From positions 63,903,458-63,967,457 of the forward strand of contig NC_068986.1 of the NCBI RefSeq assembly GCF_001194135.2: a stretch of 64,000 nt of DNA. The letters are read 5' to 3'. Of this stretch, positions 25,495 to 39,320 are shown piece by piece (position 1 is the stretch's first letter; every line of letters starts with the position of its first letter). This stretch comes from Octopus bimaculoides (Eukaryota). A model generated the notes under the pieces. It saw nothing but the letters and a program-made list of their open reading frames with translations, was not told where the DNA came from and ran no database searches. Made by a program: the position numbers and the translations under genes.

Positions 25495-25887
25495 NNNNNN
25501 NNNNNNNNNNNNNNNNNNNNNNNNNNNNNNNNNNNNNNNNNNNNNNNNNNNNNNNNNNNNNNNNNNNNNNNNNNNNNNNNNNNNNNNNNNNNNNNNNNNN
25601 NNNNNNNNNNNNNNNNNNNNNNNNNNNNNNNNNNNNNNNNNNNNNNNNNNNNNNNNNNNNNNNNNNNNNNNNNNNNNNNNNNNNNNNNNNNNNNNNNNNN
25701 NNNNNNNNNNNNNNNNNNNNNNNNNNNNNNNNNNNNNNNNNNNNNNNNNNNNNNNNNNNNNNNNNNNNNNNNNNNNNNNNNNNNNNNNNNNNNNNNNNNN
25801 NNNNNNNNNNNNNNNNNNNNNNNNNNNNNNNNNNNNNNNNNNNNNNNNNNNNNNNNNNNNNNNNNNNNNNNNNNNNNNNNNNNNNNN
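25495..25887. other. Assembly gap flanked by (TA)n
   Basis: Run of N. Confidence 1.
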
Positions 25888-25945
<58 letters not shown>

Positions 25946-27154
25946 TTCTCTTTAAAGTGTAATCTATGAAAATAGAAAGAAAAAGTAGTTTTAAATTATT
26001 CTTAATGCCTTCATTTAGTGAAATGAATCAGAATATTTCTGGAAGTAATAAGATCAGGTTTTTTTTTTATTATTTTAAAATATACCTCTTCAAGAAAGAG
26101 AAAAAGAAAAAAAGGCCACCTATAATAAAGCAAACCAGGTTCTTATATTTTGAAATAAATCTGGAAAAGATACATTCATGTATCTTTTGTTTTTTTCCTT
26201 TTTTCCTTAATGGTTAAGTGGCACCTATTTTGATTATAATAAATTTATTTAAGAAATAGTGTGCTATCTATCCAGTGTGTGTTTTGCAAGCATTGATTTC
26301 TGAGAGATATTATCATAACATGCTATTTAACAATACTGCTACTAACATCTTACTTACCTGTCTTCCTTTTCTGTTAATCCCTCTCAAATTGGAATTGCCA
26401 ACTAATTGTGGTAAGTCCCATTCAGTTTTCTGTCCTTTTTCAGTTTGTGCCTATTAATGCATTGTTCACTAGCTCTGTTTACTGGAGTAAAATAAAGCAC
26501 CATATTTTTAAAATTCTTAAGTGTACTTTCAAGAAATCCAAGCTCCTTTTAAAATTTTACATCTCCAATATTTGTCCCCTCTAAACTATTTTACCACATT
26601 CACCCACTACTGCTGTTTGAAACTTTTAGCTGAATTTATTTGAAATGTACAAAAGGGTCTACATAAATAATGGTATGATCAAATTTATTCCTTGTACAAA
26701 GGCAAATATCCCCAAATTGATAACATCCATGTTGACATACATATATGTCTATAAAATGGAGACCAGTAAGGTAACTTAAACTTTTCAGCAATGAAAACTG
26801 TTTTGGGTAGTTGTCTCTTCTAGCTTTGCTATTCTAAAGGATACAAAGGGGGATCTACCAGGTTTCCAGCCCATGTAGTGACATTCTGCTGCACTGGCTG
26901 GCAGCTTGAGAATTGGATGCAGTTTAACATCATACTCTGTGATACCAAAGCAACCAAAATGAGTGGATGCCAAATTTTTGTGAATATTGTCCACCATCAC
27001 AGCTCTAAGAACACACTTTCACCTGTTCCTCCAGTTTTTGGACTTTACCGTAATCATGGCATGGAAGCTAAGATGGCTGTTAACACTTGTCCAAGGTGCT
27101 TCCTTGAGTCTCTGGAGGGACAGGTTACTAACATCCTTTCACAGTTTTACTTCA

Positions 27155-27403
27155 AAGTCTTTATTGGCTTTGCAATATAAGTAAAATACTAACCCAAGGA
27201 ATCTGATGATGGCCTGATTGGCAAAGGCAAATAAAAAATGTTTGTTTTTATCTGAATTTATGAAATGAGGAATTATCATTATTATACACTGATATATTCA
27301 AATTTAGTATCTTGGTTTTAGCCATTGTACCTTCCAGTACTTCAAGTGCCTACTGTATTCCATAATATTCTTGAAATTTAGAATCAGACACTATTAAATC
27401 CAT
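27155..27403 (+). repeat. Paralogue of 21268-21498
   Basis: Colinear similarity, roughly 75% by eye. Confidence 0.7.
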
Positions 27404-28469
27404 GGTGGTAGATTGTTCTCATTCCAGTGTCTATACAAATTCCAAGAGTATTACTGAATAACACAAGCACCTAAAGAAGGTCAGAGAGCACAGTGATTGA
27501 AATACTGTAACTTCACCAACCACAAATAAGGTATATCAATGTATAATAACTATAATTGTAGGCAAAAATAAATAGCAATGAGTTGATTGACCATGAAGAA
27601 TGAAAAACCCAACATAAAATCAACTCCCTGAAACTTATTTTTACATATGAATATTTTTGCAATATAAGTAGATTACCAGTTACTTTTCTCATATAAAATA
27701 AAATTGTGCATATATGTTTCTGTGTTTGTCCACAAGGACACCAGAATGAGGCAACCAGTAAAGCAGAAATTGGGGAAGAAGCTGCTACCAATAGTCATTA
27801 TCAAAATAAAAGAAAGCAAAATGCTGCTGAATTCAATTATATGCCTGGGTCTTCTTTTTCTATAGTAAACTATTAATGTAATTTAAAGTTAAACATATTT
27901 ATATACTAAAAATTAAGTATATATGAGTGAGTGGTAGGGAGAGACAAAACATTGTTCAGCTTTTGTGACTTGACAAGTGTGGCAGATAGACATACATTTC
28001 TAGAGACCCTATCTTAGTGAAACTAATTGCTTTTTTTGTTTATATTCAGTTTCTTATACTGGTCTTAACTTTGTGCTTAGACCATTCAATTTTCCATTAG
28101 CATGAATACCATGGAGTTATAAGTGTTTCTGGAAGTTGCATGTCTTTTGAGTTTCATTTCTTTCAGCTCCTCCCCCCCCTTTTTTTTTTCCATAGACTTT
28201 CATTTAAAGTAAGCCAAGATTCAGGTTTTGCTTTTTTTTTTTTTTTTTCTACATGGATGAGATGATTGTATATATAGCATATACATTATTTCATTTTCAC
28301 ACTACTTTAATTTCACTTCAATTTTTTATTTCTATTTCTTTTTAAGAAACAGCTTTATTTTGTTTTGTGCATTTATGTTAATTACTTAAAACTAACTGAA
28401 GAGAATTGTCTTCTTTTTTTTTAAGATGAACAGATTGTGATGTCTGTATTTTAATACATTTTATTTTAG

Positions 28470-28578
28470 GATGCTCTCCTCCAGTCTCCCACGGAGAGTG
28501 ACTATGCTCTAGTCGAAGATGCTCTACCTGCAGGAAAAGTTCATCGTATCAAATCAACACGCAAGAAGGATCATAAAG
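28470..28578 (+). CDS. Exon (phase 0-1, 109 nt): DALLQSPTESDYALVEDALPAGKVHRIKSTRKKDHK
   Basis: TTTTATTTTAG| acceptor, AAAG|GTAAAA donor, a GC-richer island in an AT-rich intron, and frame continuity with both neighbours. Confidence 0.82.
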
Positions 28579-28840
28579 GTAAAACAATATAGTAATTGTT
28601 TTCTGTGGCCTTATTTTTTATTCTTGCATATTTTTTGTGGTGGTTGTGGTATCCATAACTGCTAATCTTTTTTGAGAGAGTTCTCCAGACGAGTTTATTG
28701 TTATTATTATTATAAACAAAGTTCAGTTCTATAAAACCAAACATTTTCATCGGAAACCAATGATCAATTTAAATGAATATTGTTGGATGGATTTTGTATA
28801 TTGTTTTTTACTGGTTGACAGCAGCCTCTGTCTTGTTATG

Positions 28841-28878
<38 letters not shown>

Positions 28879-31430
28879 TTCTCTCTGTCTCATACACACT
28901 GAAATAAAATATGTATATATACTGAAACAGGTTTGATGTTATTACTGGTTCTGTATCTAAATTTGTCAAATTTGAACTGTAGGTTTATTTTAAATCATTT
29001 TCTTGTCTCCAGTAAGAGTCAAAATTTACTCAATCCTCATCTACTAACTGTGAACAAGAACTATTCTTGTGCTTCATACTGTTTCTTTGTTCTTTGATGT
29101 TTAGTAATTAGGTAAGAGCTATAAAACACCAGTGTTTATACACAAATACATATGAAAATAAACTAAGGACTGAAAAATTGAAAATATATTCATCTCTTCT
29201 ATTGCTTCTTCATAGTTGATGAATATTGATAGATATACCAGAAGGTTAATATTTAGCAAAGTGATTGCCAGTATCGAAATCCTTTGCCTCTTGCAAATTT
29301 TGTTTACAATATTCTATTTAAATCTGAGTTAATCAATAACTCATATGTTTAAATGTATGTGCATTCTGAAATATTAGATCTTTTTTTCAAACACTGAATT
29401 GAAATAAACTATTATTAAATACATAGAGCAGGTGCTTAGCCTTTAATGGTAATTGATTATGTTTTGTATGTATGTATGTTGTGTGTCAGAATAATTGTTG
29501 CAAACCAGCTCTGCAAACATCTGTAAATGCTGAGTAAAATCTCTTTTGGCATGACTGGTTCAGATTTAAACACATTGTCAGGAAATATTTGTTAAGGCTA
29601 ATTAAAAAATAACATTTTTATTTTGGCAAAATTCTAAATTATGATTTATTCTTAAATGAAAGCATATTTTGGAAATGAATTGTGTGCCAATTACAGGGTT
29701 TATTATCAGAAATGTGTTGCAGAATTAGGGTCGTATGATTCATAAAGTGTGATACATTATGTGAGTTCATATTGATGGTAATTTGGATGAAGTAGTTGTT
29801 GTTCCAAATGTGCATGCATGAGTTTTTTATGTCTTAATTTTCTTCATGTGACACATTGTAAAGAAGGACATTCCTTCATGACATGATTATTGAATTAATT
29901 GGCTCCCGAAGTAGAGATCAGTGAATGAAGATTACAGATTACTAGGGAGTAAATTGGATTCTGTAATCAATATCTTCTCATGGCTTCCTGAACTACTTGA
30001 ACCAGAAATGATGAGTGACATATTAGTCATGCTTTGGTTACTAATAATTTCTGTTTTATCCAAATAATTATTATTGTGGATTGGTTTGGCTCTGAGAAAT
30101 CTGAATGCAGGCTAAGGTAGTCAGTTTATGTAAACATGATGCAATTAGTACAAATAATAAGGGAAAAAAGCCAGACAAAGAGAACAACTCGTAAGCCATG
30201 GATTATTTTCTGGGGTTGGGAAATGAATAAATAAAACTAAATTCTAGGTTTTTGTTAAATGGGGATTCAGAATTGTCAGAGGAAAGGCAAATATGTGTCA
30301 GTGTTGACTAGGCATTAAAAAACAAAACAAACAGAAAATCTATGTAGCAAGTACAATAGGTTTTAGTTGGTGCCAATATTAATTTTTGTGTGTTTTTGCT
30401 GTTCTTTGTCAATTAGAATATATCTGTTACCAATCATTTAGAATCAAGGAACTCTTGGCACAATTTCTCAGAACAAAGATTTAAGTACCTAATATGAGAG
30501 GAATGGGCAGGATCTCTGTAGTGTAATCAGTACTGTGGTTGCCTGGTGAGTGATATAAATATGCCACTCAGCTCTCATAAGTGATCTTGTTTTGCTTCGC
30601 AAATTGGTGCTCAAAATGTCTAATATCACTTTTACATTGAAGATCTTAGCTATTAATTCATTTATAACTCTTATAATATTTTTTGAAGCAAATAATTTTT
30701 CTTACTAGATTTGACCACTTTTGAAGGTGAAATTATGTTCCTTCTGCCACTAACAAAAGAGTTTCTGTCTCCTCATCTATTTCTGTATATGTGTTGTGTG
30801 TGGAAGTTTTATTGAGTTCAGCATTCTCTGTAACAGGTGCTTACAGAAGCATGTTTATTATAAAAGATGAGTTTTTAAAAATATCTGATTAGTGCTAATA
30901 TCAATGGGAGTTAGTTAATTTCCTGTATACACCATGGTGGTGACGCTGGTTCAGGAAATTAAAGATTTTCTAAGACCATGGGCAGCACACAGCAAAATAT
31001 GAGACAAAAGTGGGTAATGGAATATTATTTTCTCATAATGCCTTATCATAAGGCCAAGATTACCACTACACGAAAGAAAGAAATATAAAACAAAAATGTC
31101 TCTAGTTTCATATATGTGTAGATGTGTGTGTATAGATCAATAGGTTGGTAGGTATGTAGATAGATAAGTATGTTGATGTTCTGTGTATCAGATTAGAAAA
31201 GAAGAAATTCCTCTACAGTATACTTGTTTCTTTGTTCTACATTATTCAATGTTTTTCAAGTAGACTTTCTGCAAGCCAAATTTGTGAAACTATTTACATT
31301 TACAGTTGTATCCATTTCACTTAACTTATGTTTTTTGAGAAAGGTATGAACATTACATAATCTTAAAGTCCTGCTTATATAAATAGAATTAAAAATGAAA
31401 ATAAATTTCCAGTTGCAGAATTGAGATTTC

Positions 31431-31479
<49 letters not shown>

Positions 31480-32231
31480 CAATGAAAGAAAGCTTAGACA
31501 CATATACACCATTTGTAATGTAATAGTTTCTTTATTTGATTATGAAGAGAGGAAACAATGTATTTTTAAAAACTTCCTAATTTAGACTGGGACACTTTTA
31601 ACATTATATTGGTATGCGTACATGCACGTGTTTGTGCACATGTGCACACATTTCCCTTTCTAACTTCATTTATACTGTCTTCAAAAGATGAAAGTGAAAA
31701 TAATTCCTTACCTCCTTTTGTTAAAAAGCTCTGTTTGATTGAATTAAACTATGTGTAAATTCTTTTTGCTTTGTTTCTGGGGGGTTTTTTTTATTTTAGA
31801 ATAATCTTTTGTTTACTTCAGTTTTTCTTTAGAATTCAGACTATCAGAGTTGGTGGACATTGCTCAAGAAAAAAAAAAAGTTGTTTTTAATATATATTTC
31901 GTTCTGTCAATTTTAAACTGTTACATAGAATATATTTCAGAATTTTTTTTAATGGAAAAGCTTAAAAGAACAAAAAGTTTTTTTCTTTTAGTTATTTTTG
32001 CTTTTGTTATTTTTCAAAATGGCACATTTACAATTGGTTTTTTATTTTAGTTTTTTTAATGTTATGCTTGACAACCTTTCAATTGCCTTTTGTGGTAATA
32101 ATTCAGTTGGAGAAAATAGTTCTGTATCCTGGCTAAATCAATAATCAGGACACTCATATGCCTGCTGTCTTTACTGAGTAAGAACACCAAATCTTCCTGT
32201 GGATTTTATTTATTTTCTTTTCCTGAAACAG

Positions 32232-32426
32232 TAGGTGCCACTGATTCCGAAGATTCAGAATTCAGCTCTCTAGAAAGAGAGTATAGCGCTGGCATTTACC
32301 ATACAGTGAACCATCGCCCCTTCCCACACAGAAAAAAGCACAAACAAAGGTTTCAAGATACTTACATGACTTTGGAGCCGGATGAAAGGTATCTGGCTTC
32401 ATTAGATGGCATTTCGTTTGATCGAG
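32232..32426 (+). CDS. Exon (phase 1-1, 195 nt): (V)GATDSEDSEFSSLEREYSAGIYHTVNHRPFPHRKKHKQRFQDTYMTLEPDERYLASLDGISFDR
   Basis: Polypyrimidine tract with CAG|TAG| tandem acceptor, strong donor G|GTGAGT, 65 open codons. Confidence 0.87.
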
Positions 32427-33585
32427 GTGAGTGTATTGTATAGTGCTTGCAACATCATTCTGCCTATAACTCAGTGCATGTCTATATAATCATTGAAGCA
32501 TATGCAAATCTCTGACAAACTGCTAGACTACAAGTCATTGAAACAACAAGGGAATTCAAGGAGGACCTTTTCCATTGATTATTTTCACTAAGTGGGAAGT
32601 TTGTGCATTTACTCTTTACTAGTCTATATATTTGACTCTTTGAGTCAGAGGAGAGGGCCAGTTACCAAACTTGTTCTCTGATCATGAGTTCAAAGCCTGC
32701 CATACAGTCTATGCTGTGCATTTGAATAAGTGATAGTATTCTGCTTCACTTAGCCTATGATATAGAATAATAGATATTCTACAATATATTGATAGTTGTT
32801 GATATTAATACAAATGCTAATATTCACATTTCCATGGTCTGACTAACCAATGCCAGATGTAAAATACTGAACTGCTAAGTCGGTATGTTTATATATATTG
32901 TAGACACATATACTTACCTACCTATTATCATATGATAATACCTACTATTGCCATATTTTTGCTGTGCATTACAAACTATGAAGCAAACTTGATATATTTG
33001 CAGAAGAGTTTAGTTTGTATCTCCACCTACAGCAATGGAAGAAGTTAGTACCTCCCAGTTGGAGAAAACAAAGAAAATCCTTTGCATTTTATTATTTTGT
33101 TTTAGCATTTATCATTGTTTTCTTCTTCAACTGAATTTTGCTTGTTTCAGCAAGTTTTAAGTTGCCAATAAATTAATGTTATTAATCAGCAACAGGTATT
33201 TCTTACACTCTTTGGATGCTCCATGTAAAAAATGGACTTTAATTGCATTTACCTTTTCTAAACTACATATGCTAAAATAGTTGATCAAATCAATATTTCT
33301 GCTTAATAAAACCCTAGAATGAACTCACATCTATAAGTGAATGGAAAAAAGTTTTTAATGTTTCTCTGAGTACTTGCACTCATGCTGATACATATACTTC
33401 TGTACTGAGACAATCCAGTTTGGACTGCTCCAACTTGAAAAATAAAAGTCTTGTTCAGATGAACAATAGTAATAACAACAAACCAATGAGTTCTGAGTTA
33501 GACTGTAAAATTACCTAATCCTCAGCCCTCTCAGCAACAAAGTTTGAGAGCTGCATTCACACTGTACTAGATTATTTGATCTTAA

Positions 33586-33685
33586 TCTCTCTCTCTCTCT
33601 CTCTCTCTCACTCTCTCTCTCTCTCCTCTTTCTCTCTCCTCTTTCTCTCTCTCTCTCTCTCCTCTTTTCTCTCTCTCTCTCTCTC

Positions 33686-33716
<31 letters not shown>

Positions 33717-33717
33717 A
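33586..33717 (+). repeat. (CT)n microsatellite with interruptions
   Basis: Directly visible. Confidence 0.95.
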
Positions 33718-35849
33718 GATTTGTTCATCCTTTTTATAGACATTATCATCTCCATCTTTTAAACCAGATCTTGATATTATTGTATTTCTTTTTTATTTGC
33801 TTATGGCTTCAATCGGACTGCTTAACCCTTACCTCTGGTTGCTGAGGGTACTAACTACTGCTCTTCCTTAATTAGGTCCTAATGAACCTTTTCATCTAAT
33901 CACTAACTTGTGTATGTCAGATAAGGCCAGCATGTTGTTGCTGTTCTTTCTTGCTATTTTTCAGGAAGCTATTTCCAGTTTGACTTTTTTCTCTCTCAGT
34001 CCTTTATTTCTGAGCTTATTCTCTTAAAAACTGTATTATATTGCTGTTTTCTTGCTTTATGCTTCAGGCATATCACATATGTATTTATATTAATGAGTGT
34101 GTGTGCACATACACACACACATGATTATAGCTAAACTTTCAAAAAGGACAGCCTTTTCAATATATTTTTCAGATAAACTTTCGTTACAATAGAAGAATTT
34201 CAGATTTCTTCCAATTTTTCTTTTAGTTTGGATTATTTCATGATTGCTTTCTTTCCTCAATTGTGGTGAAAATACCTAAAATACTCAATTACAATTGTTT
34301 TTTGTTGTTGTTTTTTATATATACATATATACCAGTTTAGCTTCATGAAAAATGATGTTAAAAAAAAATTTTAAGAAATAAAAGCGTAAGGCTTTCACCT
34401 GTTAAACATTTAAACATGAACATCAGTTGAATTTTACTGATATACCTGCCTCAGAAGATTAATTATTAGATCATTTTTAAAGTTCACAGTTTAAGACGAG
34501 TTGTGATGTGGGCAAATCCTACTGAGAAGTAATCCTACCGAGAACATTGATACTGTTCCACTTCTTGAGTGGAACCAGTTCTCTTTATTATGCCACTAGT
34601 GACTTTGAAAAGGGCACAAAAGTTACAACGTACCATTCCTATGTTTGCAGTTTCATAACTTTCTGCTATAATTAGTACTATGTATGAATTTGAACAACTA
34701 ATTTAAAATGAATTGTTTCATAGAAATTATTCTAAAGATGTTTCTGTTTGAGAGTTGACTATTTTGTGAGAAAAGAACTACAAGTTGCAGGAAAATTCTA
34801 ATTTTACTAACAGCAGTCTTTAAATGTAGGTGTTGTCCTGAATACTTTAATACTTATGTTTTATGATATCTTATATATCCGTATTTAAGTGATTTACTGC
34901 TGTGGCAATCCTGTATAGCATTTTTCATTTATATGCATAGAAAATATCAGCTAATCGAGTGAGACCTGTGGTTTGCAACTAGCTCAAAAGTTGGTTGGTC
35001 GTTATTACTGCCTTGTATCTTGGCAAAAATACTTAACTCAGTTTTAAATAGATGACTTTACTTGGAAAGCTCAGTTGTAAACAACTGGTGCACTGTAAAA
35101 CTATGACATTTTTACTTGCTTGCAATGCTGAGTTAGCTTCTTTCATATTTGAAGAAGGATGGGTTCTGCTGTGCAGATTTGTTTTTCTTACTGTGCACAA
35201 AGAAAATTTTCAACTGTGCTTGAATGGTCTATTGGGAAAAGGGAACTTCCTGTCATATAGGCATCATTTATATGAAAGTTGAAAAATCATTATTCAATAT
35301 GGAACTGTTCCTTATATTTTTTCAATAGAATTTAAATTGCCAGTCTATCAGAATTCTTCTTACTCCTCTGCTGTATCTTTATGGATTTGCTCTACTCTTG
35401 CAACTGTAAAGAATTGATATTAAAGGTTTACAATAAGATTTTTAATAACTCTTTTGATCTCCATCAGGTACCTTCAATAACCTCTGAAGTCCACCCTAAC
35501 ACTTGTGCTAATTACCAATTTCTATACTCTTAAATGGATAAGAAATTAATTTCTCTTGGATAGTATATTCATTTTTTTTTTATTATTAACTTTTCAACAA
35601 TTTGTAGTGCTGCTGTTGTTTGTGAAGTCACCCTGCTATACCTACTCAGGGCTAGATGGATTTGGTTGTTGAGAGATGGATTTGGTTGTTGTAGTGCTTA
35701 TGACAAACTGCTAACTTATCTGGCTGTCAGGCACTCCTCTTCCTTATACCATCAAGTGCTTGCCACTCTGACCAGTTTTAAGCATTTCTCAGCAGGTGGT
35801 GTATGGATTGATTGTCATTTCATGTTTTACATTATCTGCCACTGGCACT

Positions 35850-36150
35850 GTTGTCTCATGCTGTTGTCTTGTCTAGGGTAGTTCCAAACAACAGTTTGTC
35901 CAAGTCTTGCATAGCTAATGTTATATATAGCCAAAATTTATTACTTTCTGTCCTAGCCCAGTATTTAGCAGGCTGAAAGGATTGCCTGCTTGATGTAAGG
36001 TATATGCAGAATCTGCAATATGCAGCACTGAACTTCTGCCATAGCTCAACATATAGCAGTCGTGCCTCACAACCATGCAGGACCACTGAGAACAGTGAAT
36101 TCACTACCTTTGTCTTTATGTTGCAGGAGACACAGTGATCTCTTTACACA
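35850..36150 (-). mobile_element. Old RTE-like LINE fragment
   Basis: SVVLHGCEARLL...KFSAAYCRFC resembles the RTE motif VLLYGCETW...KL.AF..RC. Confidence 0.4.
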
Positions 36151-37832
36151 TTGGTTAGGTTGCTCATCACTGAGTGGCCCATATCTAGTTTAAAGGTTTT
36201 TTTCTTATCCCCCTGCTTTTTAACTCTGTTACTTTATTTCTTTAATTTTGTTTTACCACCCTTCTCCAACCCTTCTAAATAGCTTATATGCATCTTACTT
36301 TACTATTCAGATTTTTTCTTATTGTTTCTTAAATTACCCCCTCCCCCCGATTTGACTTCTATTATTTTTGTATTAATATCAGTGTATTTTTTTTCTTCAT
36401 ATTTTATATTGTTTTAACCGCCAACTTCTTCCTTCTTTGGACCCTCTCCCTCTAGCTCATATAAGCTAGTATTGTTTATTTAGCATTCACTCTACCCTGA
36501 ATTGTGGCACAATATGGACAGATTTCGGAGTACCGATGAACTTTTATGTAAATATATCAACTTAAAGGATAAAGATATTACAAGGTATATTACAATGGAT
36601 ATTACAATGGACAATACCAAGTGGGCTCTCACTTTTTATCTCTCATGTTTCTCCCTCTTTTACTTTGTTCTTGGTGACTTCTTCTTTGTGATATAATACT
36701 TGGGAAAGAATATATTTGCGGCTGAAGATAGCTTTATACCATCCTATCTATCAATTATATACCAATATAATGATGCAATGACTATAAAGCTTGAAACACG
36801 TGTACCGCGGAATCCTTTGTGTTCTGTTTTTATTTTTGTTTTTAATTTATTCTTTCACCCCGGCCACAATCCAGCATATACAGACACTTACAATTATCAA
36901 GTATTACCTCTAACATTTACTTTACCTATGTATATATATATGTATATGTATAATATATATATATATGTATAATATATATATGTATATGCATAATATATAC
37001 ACACACACACACACACATACACACAGAGGCTTGATGCATTGCTGACATGAAATTCTGAATAGATTTTGTAGATATACAACTTTGGATTTAAAACATTAAA
37101 ACAAAGAAAAAATATATTTTAATATTCTTTTAAAGCTTGTTACTTAGCTTCTTAATTTTTAACTCAATATTAAATTGTATGGTCTGTTCTTGATGAATCA
37201 TTTCTTTTTTTATGAAGTGATGGAATAATGCTATCTACACATTTTATACAATTGATTACTCACCTTTAAAACACTGAATTGATTGAATTAGTATATCAAG
37301 ATCAACAAATTTAATCTCTGGTCTCAAATACACTGTTTTATGAAGAAATATGCCATTGAAATATGTGTTTTCACAACCCCTAAGTGACAAAGATAAAAAC
37401 ATTGAAGTACGCTTAAGGGTAGTATAAAACATGTAGAGGGAAAATAACACAAAGATGGACCATTGTGTGATATCTTAATGCTGGAGATATATCGTTGTAC
37501 ATTTTCAATTATAAGCTTTATATTTAACACATTATGTGGGGACTTTATTATTTATTTATGATTAAGTTTTTGTAGTTGTCTAAACCCAATGAGCCTTGAT
37601 TAAACAAACCTCTGACCAAAAGTATTCCAACCATGACCCTCTTGTTCAATTTTCAGGACTAGTTTGTTGTAAACTACATTATCTGAGATAGTTGAGAGTC
37701 ATTTAGGAGAGATCTAGTTGTTATTCTTAGCAGATCAACTATGTAGAGGTTCTGTTGTTAGCATGTTTAACTCTTTAGTTGTAGAGTGAGAAGAGTGACA
37801 TATCTGCTCAGAGCTTAACTAAAATTCTAGAT

Positions 37833-38169
37833 CACTGGTTCTCAATCTTTTTGATGTGGTGGTGCACTAGAGATCAAGCAAAGAATTTACTAGCACGCAT
37901 CACACAGAAAGTAAAAGAATTATTAGTGTGACTTTATGTGGAAAATTAGAGGAATAAAACTCTTTTTAAAGTGAGAAATCTTTTGAAAAAAGGAAAGGAT
38001 ACTATTACTTATCTTGTTTTATTCATTACACTTATTAATAAATTTATAACAAAATTATGACTTACACATTTTTAAGGTGCTCAAACATTTCCTAGAGCCT
38101 TGAATTATATTCTTAAAAGTCTACAACAAAACTTAGATACATCTTTGACACACTGTTTTGGAACCATTG
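37833..38169. mobile_element. hAT (Charlie-like) MITE, older
   Basis: Ends CACTGGTTCTCAA / TTTTGGAACCATTG, with a degenerate 8-bp TSD TTCTAGAT / TCGTAGAT. Confidence 0.65.
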
Positions 38170-38907
38170 TCGTAGATCAAAATTAGTTTGTAAGGCAACT
38201 TGACATAATTTTTAAGAATTCCTTTGTAAGAATCAGGAATGAGATACATTAGAGTGGTTTAATCTGGTTAGAAGAATACATAGTGTGTTTTAACTACCAA
38301 CCTATTGAGAAACTTGAACACAGCATTGTAAACTAATTAAGCACTTATGTAATATTCCTGTTGTATCCGCTCTTGACAGCTTTTTATCGCCAGGTGGTTT
38401 GGGCCATAAGACATTATATATTACTCTACTTGCTCTCTGTCTTACTGTTATGTCAGACAGTCAAGTAGAATACTTGCTAGAAGTTATGTTATGATTGTAG
38501 GAAACCTGAAACATTGGTTGAAAAAGAAATGTGTATGATTAGTTTGGAAAAGATTTGATATTTATGGTTGTGATTTCTGACAAAAATTAAAATGAAAGTC
38601 ATTGTGAAATTTCTATTTGTTTGCAAGTGCTAAGATTTAATCATTTGTTTTACTACCTTGTTAACCAGGGCTTTACTGATAATGTTTGTTTGGTAAGTTG
38701 CTTTATTTTTGGATAACAGCTGTTCTCATGATGAAACTATACTTTCATTATTTCTGCTACTACTACTACTGGTATTTTTTTCTAATAATCACTAAAAAAA
38801 AAAAGCACTTTTCTTGTTGAAACTAAATTATTGAAACTCATTTTTCACCTTGGTGGAGTGTTCAGTTCAATGTTTTTGATATTGATATATTTTACTGTTC
38901 TTCACAG

Positions 38908-38955
38908 TTGAAGAACAGGTTGCTGAATATGTTGAATTGTGTGATGATGGAGATG
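38908..38955 (+). CDS. Candidate 48-nt phase 1-1 cassette exon VEEQVAEYVELCDDGD (may instead be RTE relic)
   Basis: TTTACTGTTCTTCACAG| acceptor and G|GTGAGA donor keep the frame. The sequence also resembles the start of the adjacent RTE fragment. Confidence 0.25.
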
Positions 38956-39320
38956 GTGAGACTGATGTTAAATGTAGTATAGAAGGGGAAAACACTATTT
39001 CAGTGAGTGTACAAAATCTGGTCTGTGAACACACTGAACATCAAGATCTACTAATGCAATATCATAGTACTATCAACAACACTATATACACATGAAACAG
39101 AAGAAAACTGTGACAGTCACTAAAATACTGGATGACTTTCATTGAAGGTGCTTGAGGAAAACACTAAAGACCTGTTAAGCAGTGTCATCATGAAGGCTCA
39201 AGGTATGGTAACAGCACCAAGAATGCAACAGTGTGGTCACACCTTGCAGCAGCCAGATCATCAATATATAAGATCATTAAGATAGACACTAAAAGGAGGA
39301 AGAAGATGAAGAAGATTACA
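38908..39320 (+). mobile_element. Old RTE LINE fragment (RT C-terminal region)
   Basis: Frames give KIWSVNTLNIKIY, NIIVLSTTLYTHET and KILDDFH*RCLRKTL, matching RTE IW...KIRIY...VLS.LLYG.ETW...LDAFH.RCLR.IL. Confidence 0.55.

Noticed and set aside
25280-25969. Long ORFs of 177-229 aa on both strands
   Set aside because: They consist of N-gap and (TA)n and are artefacts.
26700-27140. GC-richer block suspected to be a decayed transposase or LINE
   Set aside because: No recognisable motif in any frame that I can defend.
36521-36585. Exon-like stretch RFRSTDELLCKYINLKDKDITR
   Set aside because: It is open only in phase 2, there is a stop in the phase-1 frame required by neighbouring exons, and the splice sites are poor.
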